This document shows positions 1 to 10,465 of a stretch of 64,000 nt of DNA, piece after piece. Position 1 is the first letter of the stretch, and every line of letters begins with the position of its first letter. The notes below the pieces were generated by a model, which saw nothing but the letters and a program-made list of their open reading frames with translations, was not told the origin of the DNA and did no database searches. Location of the stretch: contig CAWAES010000048.1 in NCBI GenBank assembly GCA_963781085.1, forward strand, positions 112,606-176,605, given 5' to 3'. This DNA is from an uncultured Actinomycetes bacterium (GTDB taxonomy: Bacteria; Actinomycetota; Actinomycetes; Streptosporangiales; Streptosporangiaceae). The translations under genes and the position numbers were made by a program.

Positions 1-270
<270 letters not shown>

Positions 271-285
271 CTATACGTTGAAAGT

Positions 286-310
286 GGCAGGGAGCGGGAA
301 CCTCCCTGCC
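286..310 (-). terminator. GC-rich hairpin followed on the minus strand by ACTTTCAAC, just upstream of the RAE module
   Basis: GGCAGGGAG-7 nt-CTCCCTGCC, 76 nt downstream of the stop of the co-directional 387..749 ORF. A hairpin in the same relative position but with different sequence lies at 22848..22869. Confidence 0.45.
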
Positions 311-386
311 TTTGCCTTTCGCCGGCCGCTGGTGGACGGGTGGGCGCGCCTGGCGGCGTCCCGCCCCTGGGCCAGACGGACCAGGA

Positions 387-749
387 TCAGTCCACTGCTG
401 GCTGGCCTTCAGCTGCTCCGGGCTGAAGGTCGGCGGCGAGAAGCGCGCTCCACCCGGCAGGGTGGGTACGGGCGTCCTCGCAGCGCTCCTGGAGCCGGTG
501 CAACGACTCGGTGTCGCCCAGCTGGAACGCTGCTTCCAGGCGTGCGCTGTCCCGCACCTCAGGCAGGTCCAGTACGGCGTCGACGAGGACCGCCCGGCGG
601 CCCGGCGCGATGTGGCCCGACTCCGCGTGCAACGACACCCGGGCGGTCCCCCCGGATCCCGGCGACGTGGTCACCTCAGCCATGACGACGGAGTGCTCGT
701 GGTCCTGATCGCTGAACTCGACATGCTGGCGCAGATCATGCTCGGTCAT
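387..749 (-). CDS. hypothetical protein, 120 aa
   Basis: Track ORF with ordinary amino-acid composition (MTEHDLRQHVEFSDQDHEHSVVMAEV...), unlike the Arg/Pro/Gly-rich antisense ORFs overlapping it. No family recognised. Confidence 0.5.
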   Translation of the reverse strand: MTEHDLRQHVEFSDQDHEHSVVMAEVTTSPGSGGTARVSLHAESGHIAPGRRAVLVDAVLDLPEVRDSARLEAAFQLGDTESLHRLQERCEDARTHPAGWSALLAADLQPGAAEGQPAVD

Positions 750-802
750 GTGATGCCTCCATCCGGAACGCGGACTTGGGCGAGGTGCGGGCCCCTGCCG
801 GT

Positions 803-877
803 TCAGTGCCTTCGCACGAACAACACGACAACCACAATGACGGCGATGAGGATAATCGTTCCGAATCCGAAAAACAT
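803..877 (-). CDS. 24-codon hydrophobic small ORF (MFFGFGTIILIAVIVVVVLFVRRH)
   Basis: Own translation. ATG at 877..875 is preceded by AAGGGAG with 5-nt spacing. It encodes a single predicted TM helix with an RRH tail and is below the track length cutoff. Confidence 0.45.
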   Translation of the reverse strand: MFFGFGTIILIAVIVVVVLFVRRH

Positions 878-926
878 GATGACTCCCTTGAGTGACGCGT
901 TTGCTGGGTGGGTGCGTTTGCCGGGT

Positions 927-958
927 GGTGCGCCGCCCGGGTCGCCGGGCGGCGCACC
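927..958. terminator. perfect 14-bp stem hairpin (loop GTCG) between the 1010..1435 gene and the small ORF
   Basis: GGTGCGCCGCCCGG-GTCG-CCGGGCGGCGCACC. It lies 52 nt downstream of the 1010..1435 stop. There is no clear U-tract. Confidence 0.5.
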
Positions 959-1009
959 TGACCCGTGACTTCAGCTATGCGCTGACCGGTGCGGGCCGCC
1001 GTGACGTGC

Positions 1010-1435
1010 TTAAGGCCGGCTGCCGATCGCGGGCGACTCGGAGGGCGCAGGCGAACCGGGCCCGGGCTGGCTCGTGGTGTCGCCGGGCTGACTCGCCGCC
1101 TGCGCGCGGGCGGTCTCGCGCTCGTCGATGAGGGCGTCGCGCGCCTGGCTGGCCGAAGCGGTCTCGCGGCGCGACTGCTTGAGCCCCCGCCGGGCCGCGC
1201 GGCCGCGCCGGGAGGTGCGCCGGGCGCCGGCCAGCAGCAGGCCCAGCCCGAGCACGCCGATCGCCCCGAGCACGATGCCGTAGAGGAACAGCGTCCCGGT
1301 AGAGCCGGTCACGTGATAACCGAAGACGGCGAAACCGTGGGCCAGGCCATGCGCACTGCCGCTGTTGGTGAAGATGCCGGCCAGGCCGACGATCACCGCG
1401 GCGAGCAGGATGACGAGCCCCAGGATGATGATCAT
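1010..1435 (-). CDS. small membrane protein (two or three N-terminal TM helices, charged disordered tail)
   Basis: Track ORF MIIILGLVILLAAVIVGLAGIF...GIVLGAIGVLGLGLLLAGARR followed by an Arg/Glu/Ser-rich tail; the composition is coherent. Confidence 0.7.
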   Translation of the reverse strand: MIIILGLVILLAAVIVGLAGIFTNSGSAHGLAHGFAVFGYHVTGSTGTLFLYGIVLGAIGVLGLGLLLAGARRTSRRGRAARRGLKQSRRETASASQARDALIDERETARAQAASQPGDTTSQPGPGSPAPSESPAIGSRP

Positions 1436-2196
1436 GTAGTGCTCCGTGAGTAGACGTGGTGCAGTCAGCGTGACCAGGACGGCCCGGCTGGCCTTCAGCC
1501 CCGGCGTCCGGGTGGGTCATGCTCGTGCGGGATGGGTACCCGGGCTGGCCGGGGTGGTGGCGAGGCGGCTGTCGTCAGGCTCGCTGCCGGTGAGCGGGAG
1601 GATCAGCCGCAGCCGTGCCGGTGAGGTAGACGAAAGGGGAGGGCAGTCCAGTGCCCTTGTCACAGGACTTCGCGCGGCCGGCAGGCAGGCCCCGAGGTGA
1701 GGCAGCGTCTTGCCGGCAGCGTTCCGTGACGAGAAAAATTTCCGGGCCCTTCGGTTCCGCGTGCATTTCGCGGCGGCAGCTGCCAGGGTTCGGGGCAACA
1801 TTTTTTACTGTACGCGCTTTCCCGTCACATGGGAAATTCGCGGCCAATTAACAGGAATTCCTCCAGCGGCGTTGTCCCGCAAAAAGAGCGGCGCTGGCCA
1901 GTAAAGAAATTGTGCGCCAGACCCGTTCAGCGCGGGCCAGCCGGCCCTGGGTGGTTCACGCGGGCTCCCGCACGGACTCTCACGCGGCCAGGCGTGGTCA
2001 CGGCTTCGGGCGCCCCGGATTTCGCGCCCGCCGGAGGCGGGCCAGCGTCTGCCCAGCAGACACCAGCCGGATGCCCGCTATTTCCTTCCCGGGGGAGCGG
2101 CCAGGTGATTGAGGGGGCCCATAGAGCCGGTGATTATCCCCGGGCAGCTGGATATCGAATGGCTGCTGCCGGAAATGGCGGAAGGAATTCCGGGTG

Positions 2197-3439
2197 CTAC
2201 GTGTGCACACCTGAGGTGTCACGTGGGTCCGGCACGGCGCGCTGGCCGCGGGGCCGGCTTCGCAGCACGGCGAGCATGAGCAGGCACGCGGCCGCGAGGA
2301 CCGCCGCAAACCACCGGACCGACACGGTCAGCCCGACCAGCGTGGCGAGCAGGCCGACGCCGACGGTGACCAGCCCGCTGCCCGCGTAGGTCACCACGTA
2401 GAACATGGAGACCGTCCCGGCCCGGGCCTGCGCCGGGGCGATCTCGTTGATCCGCCGCAGGCCGCCCATGAACGCCAGCCCCTGCCCGCAGCCCGCCACC
2501 GCCATCGCCGCGAACAGCACCGCCGCGCTGGCCGCCGGCCCGGCCGTGACGAGCCCCGCGGCGATGAGCCCGAGCAGGCCGCCGGCCAGGCCGGCCAGCC
2601 CGGCCGCCTGGGCCCGGGCCGGGTCCCACGACCGGCAGAGCGCCTGCGCGAGGGCCGCGACCAGCAGCAGCGAGCCCGCCGCGGCGCCGTCGACGAACAG
2701 GTTGCTGCCGCCCAGCGCCGCCGCCGCGTACGAGGGAACCAGGGCCAGCACCACGTACGCGACCGCCCAGGCCAGCAGGCTGACCACAGCCGGAGCCAGG
2801 AACGCGGCGCGGACCGGCGCCGGGAGGCTCGGCCACCGGGGCTGCCAGCGCTGCCCCGACCGGCCCAGCGAGCCGGGCAGCAGGGCGGCCACGGCCACGG
2901 CCGGGACCAGCAGCGCGATCTCCACCAGGTAGCTGAGCACCCGCGGGGCGGGGGCGTACTGCGCGAGCGCCCCGGCCAGCACCGGGCCGAACCCGACGGC
3001 CGCGGTGGTCGCCGTCGCAGCCAGGAACGACGCGCGGGCCCGCCGCCCGTGCGGTTCGGTCAGCACCAGCCCGGCGGTGAGCGCCCCCGAGCAGGTGCCC
3101 ACGGCCAGCCCCTGCACCGCCCGGCCCGCGAACAGCCAGCCCGGTCCCGCCGCCGCGGCCAGCAGCGCCGAGCCGCAGGCCGCCGCCACCAGCCCGGCCA
3201 CCAGCACCGGGCGGTAGCCGGCGGTGTCGGCGAGCGGGCCGCAGATCAGCAGGGCCGACACGACCGCGGCGGCGTAGACGGCCACCAGCAGCGTCACGTC
3301 CAGCGGCGAGAGGCCGAACACGTGCTCATACACCGCGTACAGCGGGGTGGCCAGGTTCGTCCCGGTCAGCAGGACGGTCAGGGCGTAGCCCAGCCCCGCG
3401 TACCGGATCCTGCCGCCGGCCGCGTAGCGGCCGGGTCAT
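2197..3439 (-). CDS. MFS transporter, apparent frameshift in the first ~12 codons
   Basis: The 378-aa track ORF is polytopic (Ala/Leu/Gly/Val helices). TM1 (RYAGLGYALTVLLTGTNLATPLY) continues upstream of the track start with no start codon. ATG 3439, overlapping the upstream stop as ATGA, is in another frame. This implies a 1-nt indel near 3400-3412. Confidence 0.75.
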
Positions 3440-4409
3440 CCGGGCGGCTCGGAGAGCACGTACCGGATCCCCCAGGCCCGGTACCCCGCGCGCTCGAAGG
3501 CCGCGGCCATCGGGACGTTCGTGGTGTCGGTCGTGGCGGCGATGCGGGGTTCGCCGCGCCCGGCGTGGAACCGGGTGGTCTCCGCGACCAGGTCGTCGAT
3601 GTAGCCGCGGCCGCGCATCCCCGGCACGACGCCCAGGTATCCCACCACCGCGCCGCTGGAGTTGCGGTTGGGCAGGATCATCCCGGCGAGCTGGCCTGCG
3701 GCCGCCGTCAGCGGTGTAGGCCAGCCGCCACCAGTCCCGCTCGCCCGGCATGGCCAGGTAGATACCCATGTCGTCCCGGGCCTGGCGGGCGGCGCCCAGC
3801 GCGGCGACCTCCCGCCGGGTGATCACGTCCAGGCTGCCCACCGCGATCTGGCGGAACACGTCCAGGAACGCGTCGTCGTCGGGCTCGGGCCGGAAGACCA
3901 GGCGGCCGCTGGACCGGGGGAGACCCGCGTCGGGGGTCCATTCGAAGCGGATCCGCTCGAGTTCGTCGGTCAGCCCCGCGCGGGCCGCCGCGTCACGCCG
4001 CCAGGCGAACGCGGCGGCCACGGCCGGGTCGGACCGCCAGCCGGTGGGCAGGTTGATCTCGAAGCCGGGCGCGACCGAGGGACCCGGCCTGCGCAGCGCC
4101 TCGCTGCCCGGCGGCGATCAGCCGGGCCGCCAGGACCGCCCGCCCGGAGACTGGGCCGCCGGCGGGCAGCGAGCCGTCGGCGGACACGCAGTCCAGCACC
4201 AGGGGATAGGCGGCGTCGGCGAAGCCCCACCAGATCGCGCGGGCCAGGACGCGGCCCTCGTCTTCCGCGATCCAGGTCCATTCCGGCCGGTACTGGTGGC
4301 GGTCCAGCTCCTCGCGGTAGCGGTCGGCCGGGACCACGCCGACCGGCTCGGTGACCGGCCAGGCGAGGATCTGGTCCAGGTCGGCTTCGGTGGTGGGGCG
4401 GATGAGCAC
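3436..4409 (-). CDS. two-domain GNAT-family N-acetyltransferase, interrupted by two apparent frameshifts
   Basis: Three natural-looking segments in three frames. Segment 1 (4409 to ~4110): MLIRPTTEADLDQILAW...LIAAGQ. Segment 2 (~4105 to ~3705): EALRRPGPSVAPGFEINLPTGW...WWRLAYTADG. Segment 3 (~3700 to 3436): AAAGQLAGMILPNRNSSGAVVGYLGVVPGMRGRGYIDDLV..., carrying an acetyl-CoA RGxG motif. GTG start follows GGAGG. Confidence 0.7.
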
Positions 4410-4732
4410 ACGGCCTCCGGTTGGTTCCAGGAGGCGGACCCGGGCCTGGCAGGCGGGGCTGGCCGCGGGGGCTGGCCGGTACTGGGCGGACGGTCAGCCA
4501 GCCGGGGCACGGTGGCCCGGGAACGCCTTCAGCAGACTAGTCATCTCGACGACCTCCGCGGATTCCCCGCCGCAGCCTGTCCCGGCCGCGTGCCACGGCC
4601 CGGCGGAGACACTAGGCTCGGCCTTCCCATCCGTCAACGGGTTTGCCGTCCTGCCCCGTCACGTCGTCCGCCCCGCCGCCACCAGCGCAGAACTCACCAG
4701 CGCAGACAGTCCGCCACCGCAAAGGGGATGCC

Positions 4733-5378
4733 ATGGCCAGCCGGTTCCTGTACTTAGTTCGGCACGGCGAGGCCGCGGAGGGAGGCAGGCTCAGCGACGC
4801 GGGTGAGGAACAGGCGCGGCGCACCGGCGAGCGGCTGAAGAACCTGCCGGTGACCCAGATCCACCACAGCCCCCTGCCGCGCGCCGCGCAGACGGCCCGG
4901 CTGATCGCGGGCTGGCTGCCCGGCGTGCCGGTGGCCGAGTCCGCCCTCGTCGGCGACTACATCCCCGCCGACCTCGGACCCCGACGCGCTGCCACCGTCC
5001 TACGCCCAGCTGGTCAGCAGCTATACGACTACGGAGCGTAACGAAGGGGCCGCGCGGGCCCGGGCGGCGATCGAGCAGTTCGCGGGCCCGCCGGGGGAGA
5101 GCCCGGCCGCCGGGAACACGCCGGGAGAGGACGCGGCCGCTGACGCCCACGAGCTGATCGTCACGCACAACTTCCTGATCGGCTGGTTCATCAGGCACGC
5201 GCTGGACGCGCCGGACTGGCGCTGGATCGGCCTGAACCAGCAGAACTGCGCGCTAACAGTGATCTTGTACCAGCCCGGCCTGCCGCCGTCGCTGGTCACC
5301 TTCAACGACGCCGCCCACCTGCCGGACCAGCTGCGCTGGACCGGGTTCCCGGCCCGGCTGCGGCCCCACTGCGGCTAG
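4733..5378 (+). CDS. histidine phosphatase family protein (PhoE/SixA-like), one apparent frameshift near 4965-4980
   Basis: MASRFLYLVRHGE (RHG motif) after AGGGGA. The track ORF ends in junk at 5041. Shifting frame gives SDPDALPPSYAQL...ELIVTHNFLIGWFIRHALDAPDWRWIGLNQQNCALTVI...HCG, stopping at 5378. The 646-nt length is not a multiple of 3. Confidence 0.8.
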
Positions 5379-5414
5379 TTGTTTCTCCCTAACGAGAGGG
5401 CGCCCGGCCGCCCG

Positions 5415-5955
5415 CTACTCGCCGGTGACCCCGTCCACCGACTCCCGGATGAGGTCGGCGTGGCCGTTGTGCCGCGCGTACTCCTCGATCATGTGGCAGA
5501 TGATCCAGCGCAGGCTCGGTGACCGGCCGTCCGGCCAGGTGCGCACGGCCAGCTGGTCCAGGCCGCCGCCGGCCAGCGCCTCGGTCACGCAGCCGCGGGC
5601 CCGGGCCACGTTGTCCTGCCAGAGCTCGCGGAGCTGCTCGGGCGAGTCCCCGGCCGCCGTGCGCCACTCCCAGTCCGGGTCGGCGTCCCAGTCCACCGTG
5701 TTCCACGGCGGCGCCGGGTCCCGGCCGAACAGCCATTCGGAGAACCACGAGTCCTCGACCAGGGCCAGGTGCTTGAGCATCCCGCCCAGGGTCATCGTCG
5801 AGACGCCGACCCTCGCCGCCAGGCCCGCCGCGTCCAGGCCTGCGCACTTCCAGGCGAAGGTGGCCCGCTGGTAGTCCAGGAACCCCAGGAGGGTGCCGGC
5901 CTCGTCCGCCGTGAGCGGAGGTTCCGGTCCGGCCGTGCTCGTCCACGTCAGCCAC
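5415..5955 (-). CDS. DinB/DUF664-family (mycothiol-dependent-type) protein, apparent frameshift near 5920-5930
   Basis: The track 126-aa ORF ends ...LRWIICHMIEEYARHNGHADLIRESVDG. Upstream in the same frame reads PEPPLTADEAGTLLGFLDYQRATFAWKCAGLDAAGL with no start codon. GTG 5955 (VADVDEHGR) is in the adjacent frame. Confidence 0.75.
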
Positions 5956-5983
5956 GCTCAGCGAGCCTACCGGGAGGTGGTGG

Positions 5984-6865
5984 TCAGCGGTGGGCGTCCA
6001 TGCGCTGCGTGCCGACGACGGACAGCAGCCGCAGCGCCTCCTCCGACGGTGAGCCGGGGACGGCGGTGTAGATCACGACCCGCTGATCCCGGTCGGCGAT
6101 GTCGAGGACGTCACAGTTGACGGTGACCGGGCCGACCAGCGGGTGCTGGAAGGTCTTGCGCAGGGTGGCGGGCTCGGCGCACACGTCGTGGGCGGCCCAC
6201 AGCCGGGTGAACTCCTCGCTCCCGGCGAGCAGGTCACCGACCAGCCCGGTCATCTCGGGGTCGCCAGGGTAACGGGCGGCCGCGGCGCGAAGGTCGCGGG
6301 CCGACCTGCGGGCGAACTCGTCCGCGTCGGACACCCCGTACAGCCGCCGCCCGCCGGGGTGCGGCCCGAGGAAGACCCGGCGCACCAGGTTGCGGTCGCG
6401 CCGCGGCACGGCCGAGAAGTCCTCCATGAGGGCGGCCGCCAGATCGTTCCAGGCGATCACCTCGTGCGCCGCGGACGTCACGATCGCGGCGGCCTGCGGC
6501 AGCCGGTGCAGCAGGTCGAGGATGCTCTGCCGTACCTCGCGCGAGGGTCCGGGCGGAGGGCCCGGGGGTACGCCGGCCAGGTGGTAGAGGTGGTCGCGCT
6601 CGGCGTCCGACAGGCGCAGGGCGCGGGCCAGCCCGGCCAGCACCTCGCGCGACGGCTGCGGGCCGCGGGCCTGCTCCAGCCGCGTGTAGTACTCGGCCGA
6701 GATGAACGCGAGCTGTGCCGCCTCCTCGCGGCGCAGCCCGGGGGTACGGCGGCGCGGCCCGGCGGGCAGCCCCACGTCGGCCGGGGCGATCCGCTCGCGC
6801 CTGCTGCGCAGGAAACCCGCCAGTTCTCGTCTGTCCACGCCCCCAGTGTGCCCAGGTGCCGCCAC
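5984..6865 (-). CDS. XRE-family HTH regulator, MmyB-like
   Basis: N-terminal RRELAGFLRSRRERIAPADVGL...RRTPGLRREEAAQLAFISAEYYTRLEQ is typical of MmyB-like regulators. It is divergent from an SDR gene, the usual pairing. Confidence 0.85.
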   Translation of the reverse strand: MAAPGHTGGVDRRELAGFLRSRRERIAPADVGLPAGPRRRTPGLRREEAAQLAFISAEYYTRLEQARGPQPSREVLAGLARALRLSDAERDHLYHLAGVPPGPPPGPSREVRQSILDLLHRLPQAAAIVTSAAHEVIAWNDLAAALMEDFSAVPRRDRNLVRRVFLGPHPGGRRLYGVSDADEFARRSARDLRAAAARYPGDPEMTGLVGDLLAGSEEFTRLWAAHDVCAEPATLRKTFQHPLVGPVTVNCDVLDIADRDQRVVIYTAVPGSPSEEALRLLSVVGTQRMDAHR

Positions 6866-6925
6866 GCCGATCCAGGTACCGGCGGTACCTGGATCGGCAC
6901 GGCGGTCTGGCGCAGGCTCGCTGCC

Positions 6926-7756
6926 ATGGACAACACACCTGCCACCGGCACATCCACCACGGGTCCAGCTCCCACGGGCACAGCCGCCCGGCCGGCTGCG
7001 GCCTGCTGGCGGGCAAGGTCGCCTTCGTCACCGGGGCCGGCCGCGGTATCGGCGCCGCCGCGGCCCGGCTTTTCGCCCGGGAGGGCGCCCGGGTGCTGCT
7101 CGCGGCCCGGACGGAGGCCCAGCTGAAGACGGTGACCGAGGAGGTCCGGGCCGCGGGCGGCAGTCGCGGACTACGTGCTGTGCGATCTCGCCGACCCGGC
7201 CAGCGTGCGCGCCGCCGTCGACCGCGCCGTGGACGTGTACGGCCGGCTCGACGCCGCCTTCAACAATGGCGCGGCGTTCGTGCCACCCGGCCCGATGGAC
7301 CAGGTGCGGGAGGCCGACTTCGACTACGTCTACGCCGTGAACCTCAAGGGCCCGTGGCTGGCCATGGTCGCCGAGATCGCCGCCATCCGGGCTACCGCCG
7401 GGACGGGGGCCATCGTCAACAACTCCAGCGTCGGCAGCCTGATGGGCAACCCGGAGCTGCCCGCCTACGGCGCGATGAAGCGGGCGGTCAACAGCCTCAC
7501 CGAGTCGGCGGCCATCACCTACGGCCCGGAAGGCATCCGCGTCAACGCCATCGCCCCCGGCAACACGCTGACCGAGATGATCCGGACCTGGGAGGCGGAT
7601 TCGCCTGGTCTCGCCGAGCGGCTCCAGGCGCGGACCCCGCTGCGCCGCGCAGCCGACCCCGGCGAGATCGCCCAGGCCGCCGCCTGGCTGCTCAGCGACC
7701 GGTCGTCGTTCGTGACCGGCACGGTCCTGCGGGTCAACGGCGGCGCCCGGGCCTGA
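6926..7756 (+). CDS. SDR-family oxidoreductase, two apparent frameshifts (~7000-7006 and ~7158-7166)
   Basis: MDNTPATG...AARPAAA, then a shift to GLLAGKVAFVTGAGRGIGAAAARLFAREGARVLLAAR...EEVRAAGG, then a shift to AVADYVLCDLADPASV...NNSSVGS...YGAMKRAV (TGxxxGxG, NNxS and YxxxK motifs). Confidence 0.8.
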
Positions 7757-7852
7757 GCCCGTGGATGCCGCCATGACAGTCCCTCATGCCGTCCCCAGCC
7801 TGGCTGGCACCGCGTGCGTAGCGGTGCCAGCCAGTCATCAGGGTCTGGCGGA

Positions 7853-8816
7853 TCAGCCGGCGGAGACGGGTGCCGTGCTGATCGCGTCGAGCGCCTCGTC
7901 GATCGAGCGGGGCGAGCAGTCCTTGACCGACACGCCGATGTGCGGCCCGGAGGGGAGTTGCGAGACCGCTGCCACCGCTCTTGCCGTCAGCGTCCCGTCC
8001 CGTCCGGCCTGGCCCAGGGCGAAGATTGTGGTGCCGTCCTGCAGCTGGCCCAGGCGGGCGTGGGGGACTATGACGAGCGTGTCGCCGGAGGTGGTCACCC
8101 GGAACCCGGGTTCCGCTGGACGTGACGAGGGTGAAGCCAGCGCTGCCCGCGCCCGACACCGTCCCCCGGACCGGGACGAAGCCCGGTGGGTTCACCGCGC
8201 TGAACGGCGGTCCGACGGTGACGATGGCGGCTGCGATCGTCCCGCCGGAGCTGTGGCCGCGCACCATGACTGACGCCCCGTCCGTGATGTCGCTCAGCAG
8301 CGGTCCGGACATGCTCACAAACGTGGACGGCGTCGTGGTCACGGTCACCGGCTGGCCGCTGGCCGTCTTAACGACCAGGCTGGTGCCGTTCACCTGCTCG
8401 AGCGTCCCGTCGGCCTGCTCGAGCAGGGAGCACCCGGTGACCGCGGTGAGGGCCGTCCCGGTGCCGGGACCGGATAGGTGCACGTGCACGTATCCGGTCA
8501 CCTCACCGACCCCCACGAGCAGGACGAGCGCGGCTGCCGCGCTGCCGGCGACCAGCATGGCGCGCCGCCAGGGACCCGCCAGTACACGCGGCCGGGTGTG
8601 CCGCGGCCGGGCAGGCTGGGCCGCCTCCGGCGCAGCCGCCGCCAGGCCGCGGACCCCGCCGGCGACCAGATCCCAGCGGTTCGCTTCGGTACGGCAGTGC
8701 TCGCAGTGCGTGAGGTGTTCCCGGGCCTGGTCGTCTACCGGCTGGCCGGTGACCTCGGCGATCAGGTCCGCCAGGTCCAGATGGGGGGAGCGGGTGTCAG
8801 CAGGGCTTGTGTTCAT
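7853..8816 (-). CDS. zinc-binding (HxxxCxxC) anti-sigma factor with one TM segment, apparent frameshift near 8095-8110
   Basis: N-terminus carries HLTHCEHCRTE and TM segment MLVAGSAAAALVLLVGV. The natural sequence continues from ...GFTLVTSSGTRVP into the 7853..8098 ORF frame (VTTSGDTLVIVPHARLGQLQDG...). Its start overlaps the sigma stop by 4 nt. Confidence 0.75.
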
Positions 8817-9415
8817 CGGTCCTGGCCTTTCTCGTCAAGTATCCGGCTGAGTGCGGTGCGCGCCGCGGTGAGGCGGCTCTTCACGGTCCCGAGCGGGATC
8901 TCCAGTACGCCGGCGACCTCGGGGAGGCTGAGCCCGGTGCCGAAGACCAGGCCCAGCACCTCCCGGTGGGGCGTGGCCAGTTCCCGGATCGCACCCTTCA
9001 CCTCGGCCAGTTCCGCGCGGTCCAGGGCCATGACCTCCGGCCCTGGACCGGAACTCGGCTGATCGGCCAGGTAGGTGTCGTCCACCAGCCGCAGCCGGCG
9101 GCCTCGCAGCCGGTCCCGGGTCTGCCGCCGCGCGATGGCGATCACCCAGGACCGCACCGACGACTCGCCCCGGAAGGAGCCCGCGCCGCGCCAGACGGCG
9201 AGCATCGTGTCCTGCACGATCTCCTCGGCGAGCACGCGCTCACCGGCCACCAGCAGAACCTGCGCGAGCACGATCCGGCCGTGCTCGCGGTAGAACGCGG
9301 CCATCGCGTCCTCGTCGCCCTGGCCGATCCTGCGCAGCAACTGAACGTCGTCGCAGGCACCGTCGCGGCTGACGGTGAAGATCGGTGCGCTGGCGTCCTG
9401 CTGCGGACCGTCCAT
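8813..9415 (-). CDS. ECF sigma-70 family factor
   Basis: Starts at MDGPQQD (M52 of the track ORF). Region 2 reads DAMAAFYREHGRIVLAQVLLVAGERVLAEEIVQDTMLAVW. Region 4 reads REVLGLVFGTGLSLPEVAGVLEIPLGTVKSRL. Confidence 0.9.
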   Translation of the reverse strand: MDGPQQDASAPIFTVSRDGACDDVQLLRRIGQGDEDAMAAFYREHGRIVLAQVLLVAGERVLAEEIVQDTMLAVWRGAGSFRGESSVRSWVIAIARRQTRDRLRGRRLRLVDDTYLADQPSSGPGPEVMALDRAELAEVKGAIRELATPHREVLGLVFGTGLSLPEVAGVLEIPLGTVKSRLTAARTALSRILDEKGQDR

Positions 9416-9600
9416 CTGTGACCTCCCCGAAGGCTTCCCTTTGGAGAGTAAGTAGCAACCGGTGACGACGCGGTTCGGCTTGCCGCCAAGTTTGCCCAGC
9501 CGAAGCGCGCGCGATCCAGATGGCCCGGCATGTATCTGGCCGCCGCGTCGGCGTCCTGCACAGAGCAAGGATGACCTAGCCCGGCAAAGGGGATGGAACC

Positions 9601-10324
9601 GTGAGTTACTCAGACGCGATCGTGGCGCAGGCGAAGCTGTGGGTCGGCTACATCGAGGGTCCCGGCAATCAGAACATGTTCTCCGCAGGCCTCGGGCTGC
9701 CGCCGGAAGCCTGGTGCCAGGACTTCGTGCAGTTCGTGTCGGCGTCGGCCGGCTACAAGCAGCCGCACACCACCTCGGCGGTGGTCTCCATCGGCGACTG
9801 GGCCCGCCAGCACGGCCTGTTCATCGTCTCGACCAAGGCTACGCCCGGCTGCCAGATCCTCTACGACTTCAGCGGCGGGGACGGCAAGGAGCCGGTCAAC
9901 GCGGCGAAGACCCACACCGGGATCTACATCGGCGGAAACCACACCATCGAGGGCAACTCCGGGACGCATCCCGAGGGTGTCCACCAGAACGACGTCCAGC
10001 TCGGGGGCGTCGACATCTGGGGGGCGATCAACTGGCCGAAGTACTGGGACGCGCACCCCGAGCCGTTCTCGAAGTCCGTGAGCCGGTTCCCCAGGTACCC
10101 GGTCCTGCGGCAGCACAGCGGGGAAGACGACCGGGTCAGGGGACTGCAGCGCGCCCTGAACTCCGCGCTCGGCATCAAGCTGGATGGTGGACGGGGAGTT
10201 CGGCCAGGACACCGCCAAGGCCTGCCGCCAGTTCCAGCGGGCCAGCCGCATCCAGGTCACCGGGATCGCCGACCAGGCCACCTGGGCCAGCCTGGACATC
10301 GCCTTGGACAAGCTGAGGAAGTGA
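9601..10324 (+). CDS. CHAP-like peptidoglycan hydrolase with C-terminal PG_binding_1 domain, extra G near 10183
   Basis: Carries WCQDFV (Cys) and THTGIYIGGNHTIEGNSG (His...EGN). After ...ALGIKL, shifting frame gives MVDGEFGQDTAKACRQFQRASRIQVTGIADQATWASLDIALDKLRK, stopping at 10324. Confidence 0.75.
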
Positions 10325-10343
10325 CTGCCCTGTCCCAGGCAGT

Positions 10344-10380
10344 CTGAGGCACCGCAGGCGGTTGACCTGCGGTGCCTCAG
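10344..10380 (+). terminator. 15-bp perfect-stem hairpin downstream of the hydrolase gene
   Basis: CTGAGGCACCGCAGG-CGGTTGA-CCTGCGGTGCCTCAG, 20 nt after the corrected stop. Confidence 0.6.
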
Positions 10381-10465
10381 ACGTTGGCGGGCGGAGTCTG
10401 GCAGCTAGAATCTGCTGCGGCTCCTGGGCGCCGCTGAGACCGGCGGAGGCAAGGAGTAACCAACC

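Noticed and set aside
9416-9600. Possible c-di-AMP (ydaO-type) riboswitch upstream of the CHAP/PG-binding hydrolase gene; such leaders are common before actinobacterial cell-wall hydrolases.
   Set aside because: I could not find the conserved ydaO boxes (for example the CAGCTAACCTCGTAAGCG-like 3' element). The matches are only generic GGGGA/CCGAA strings. A cmscan search would settle it.
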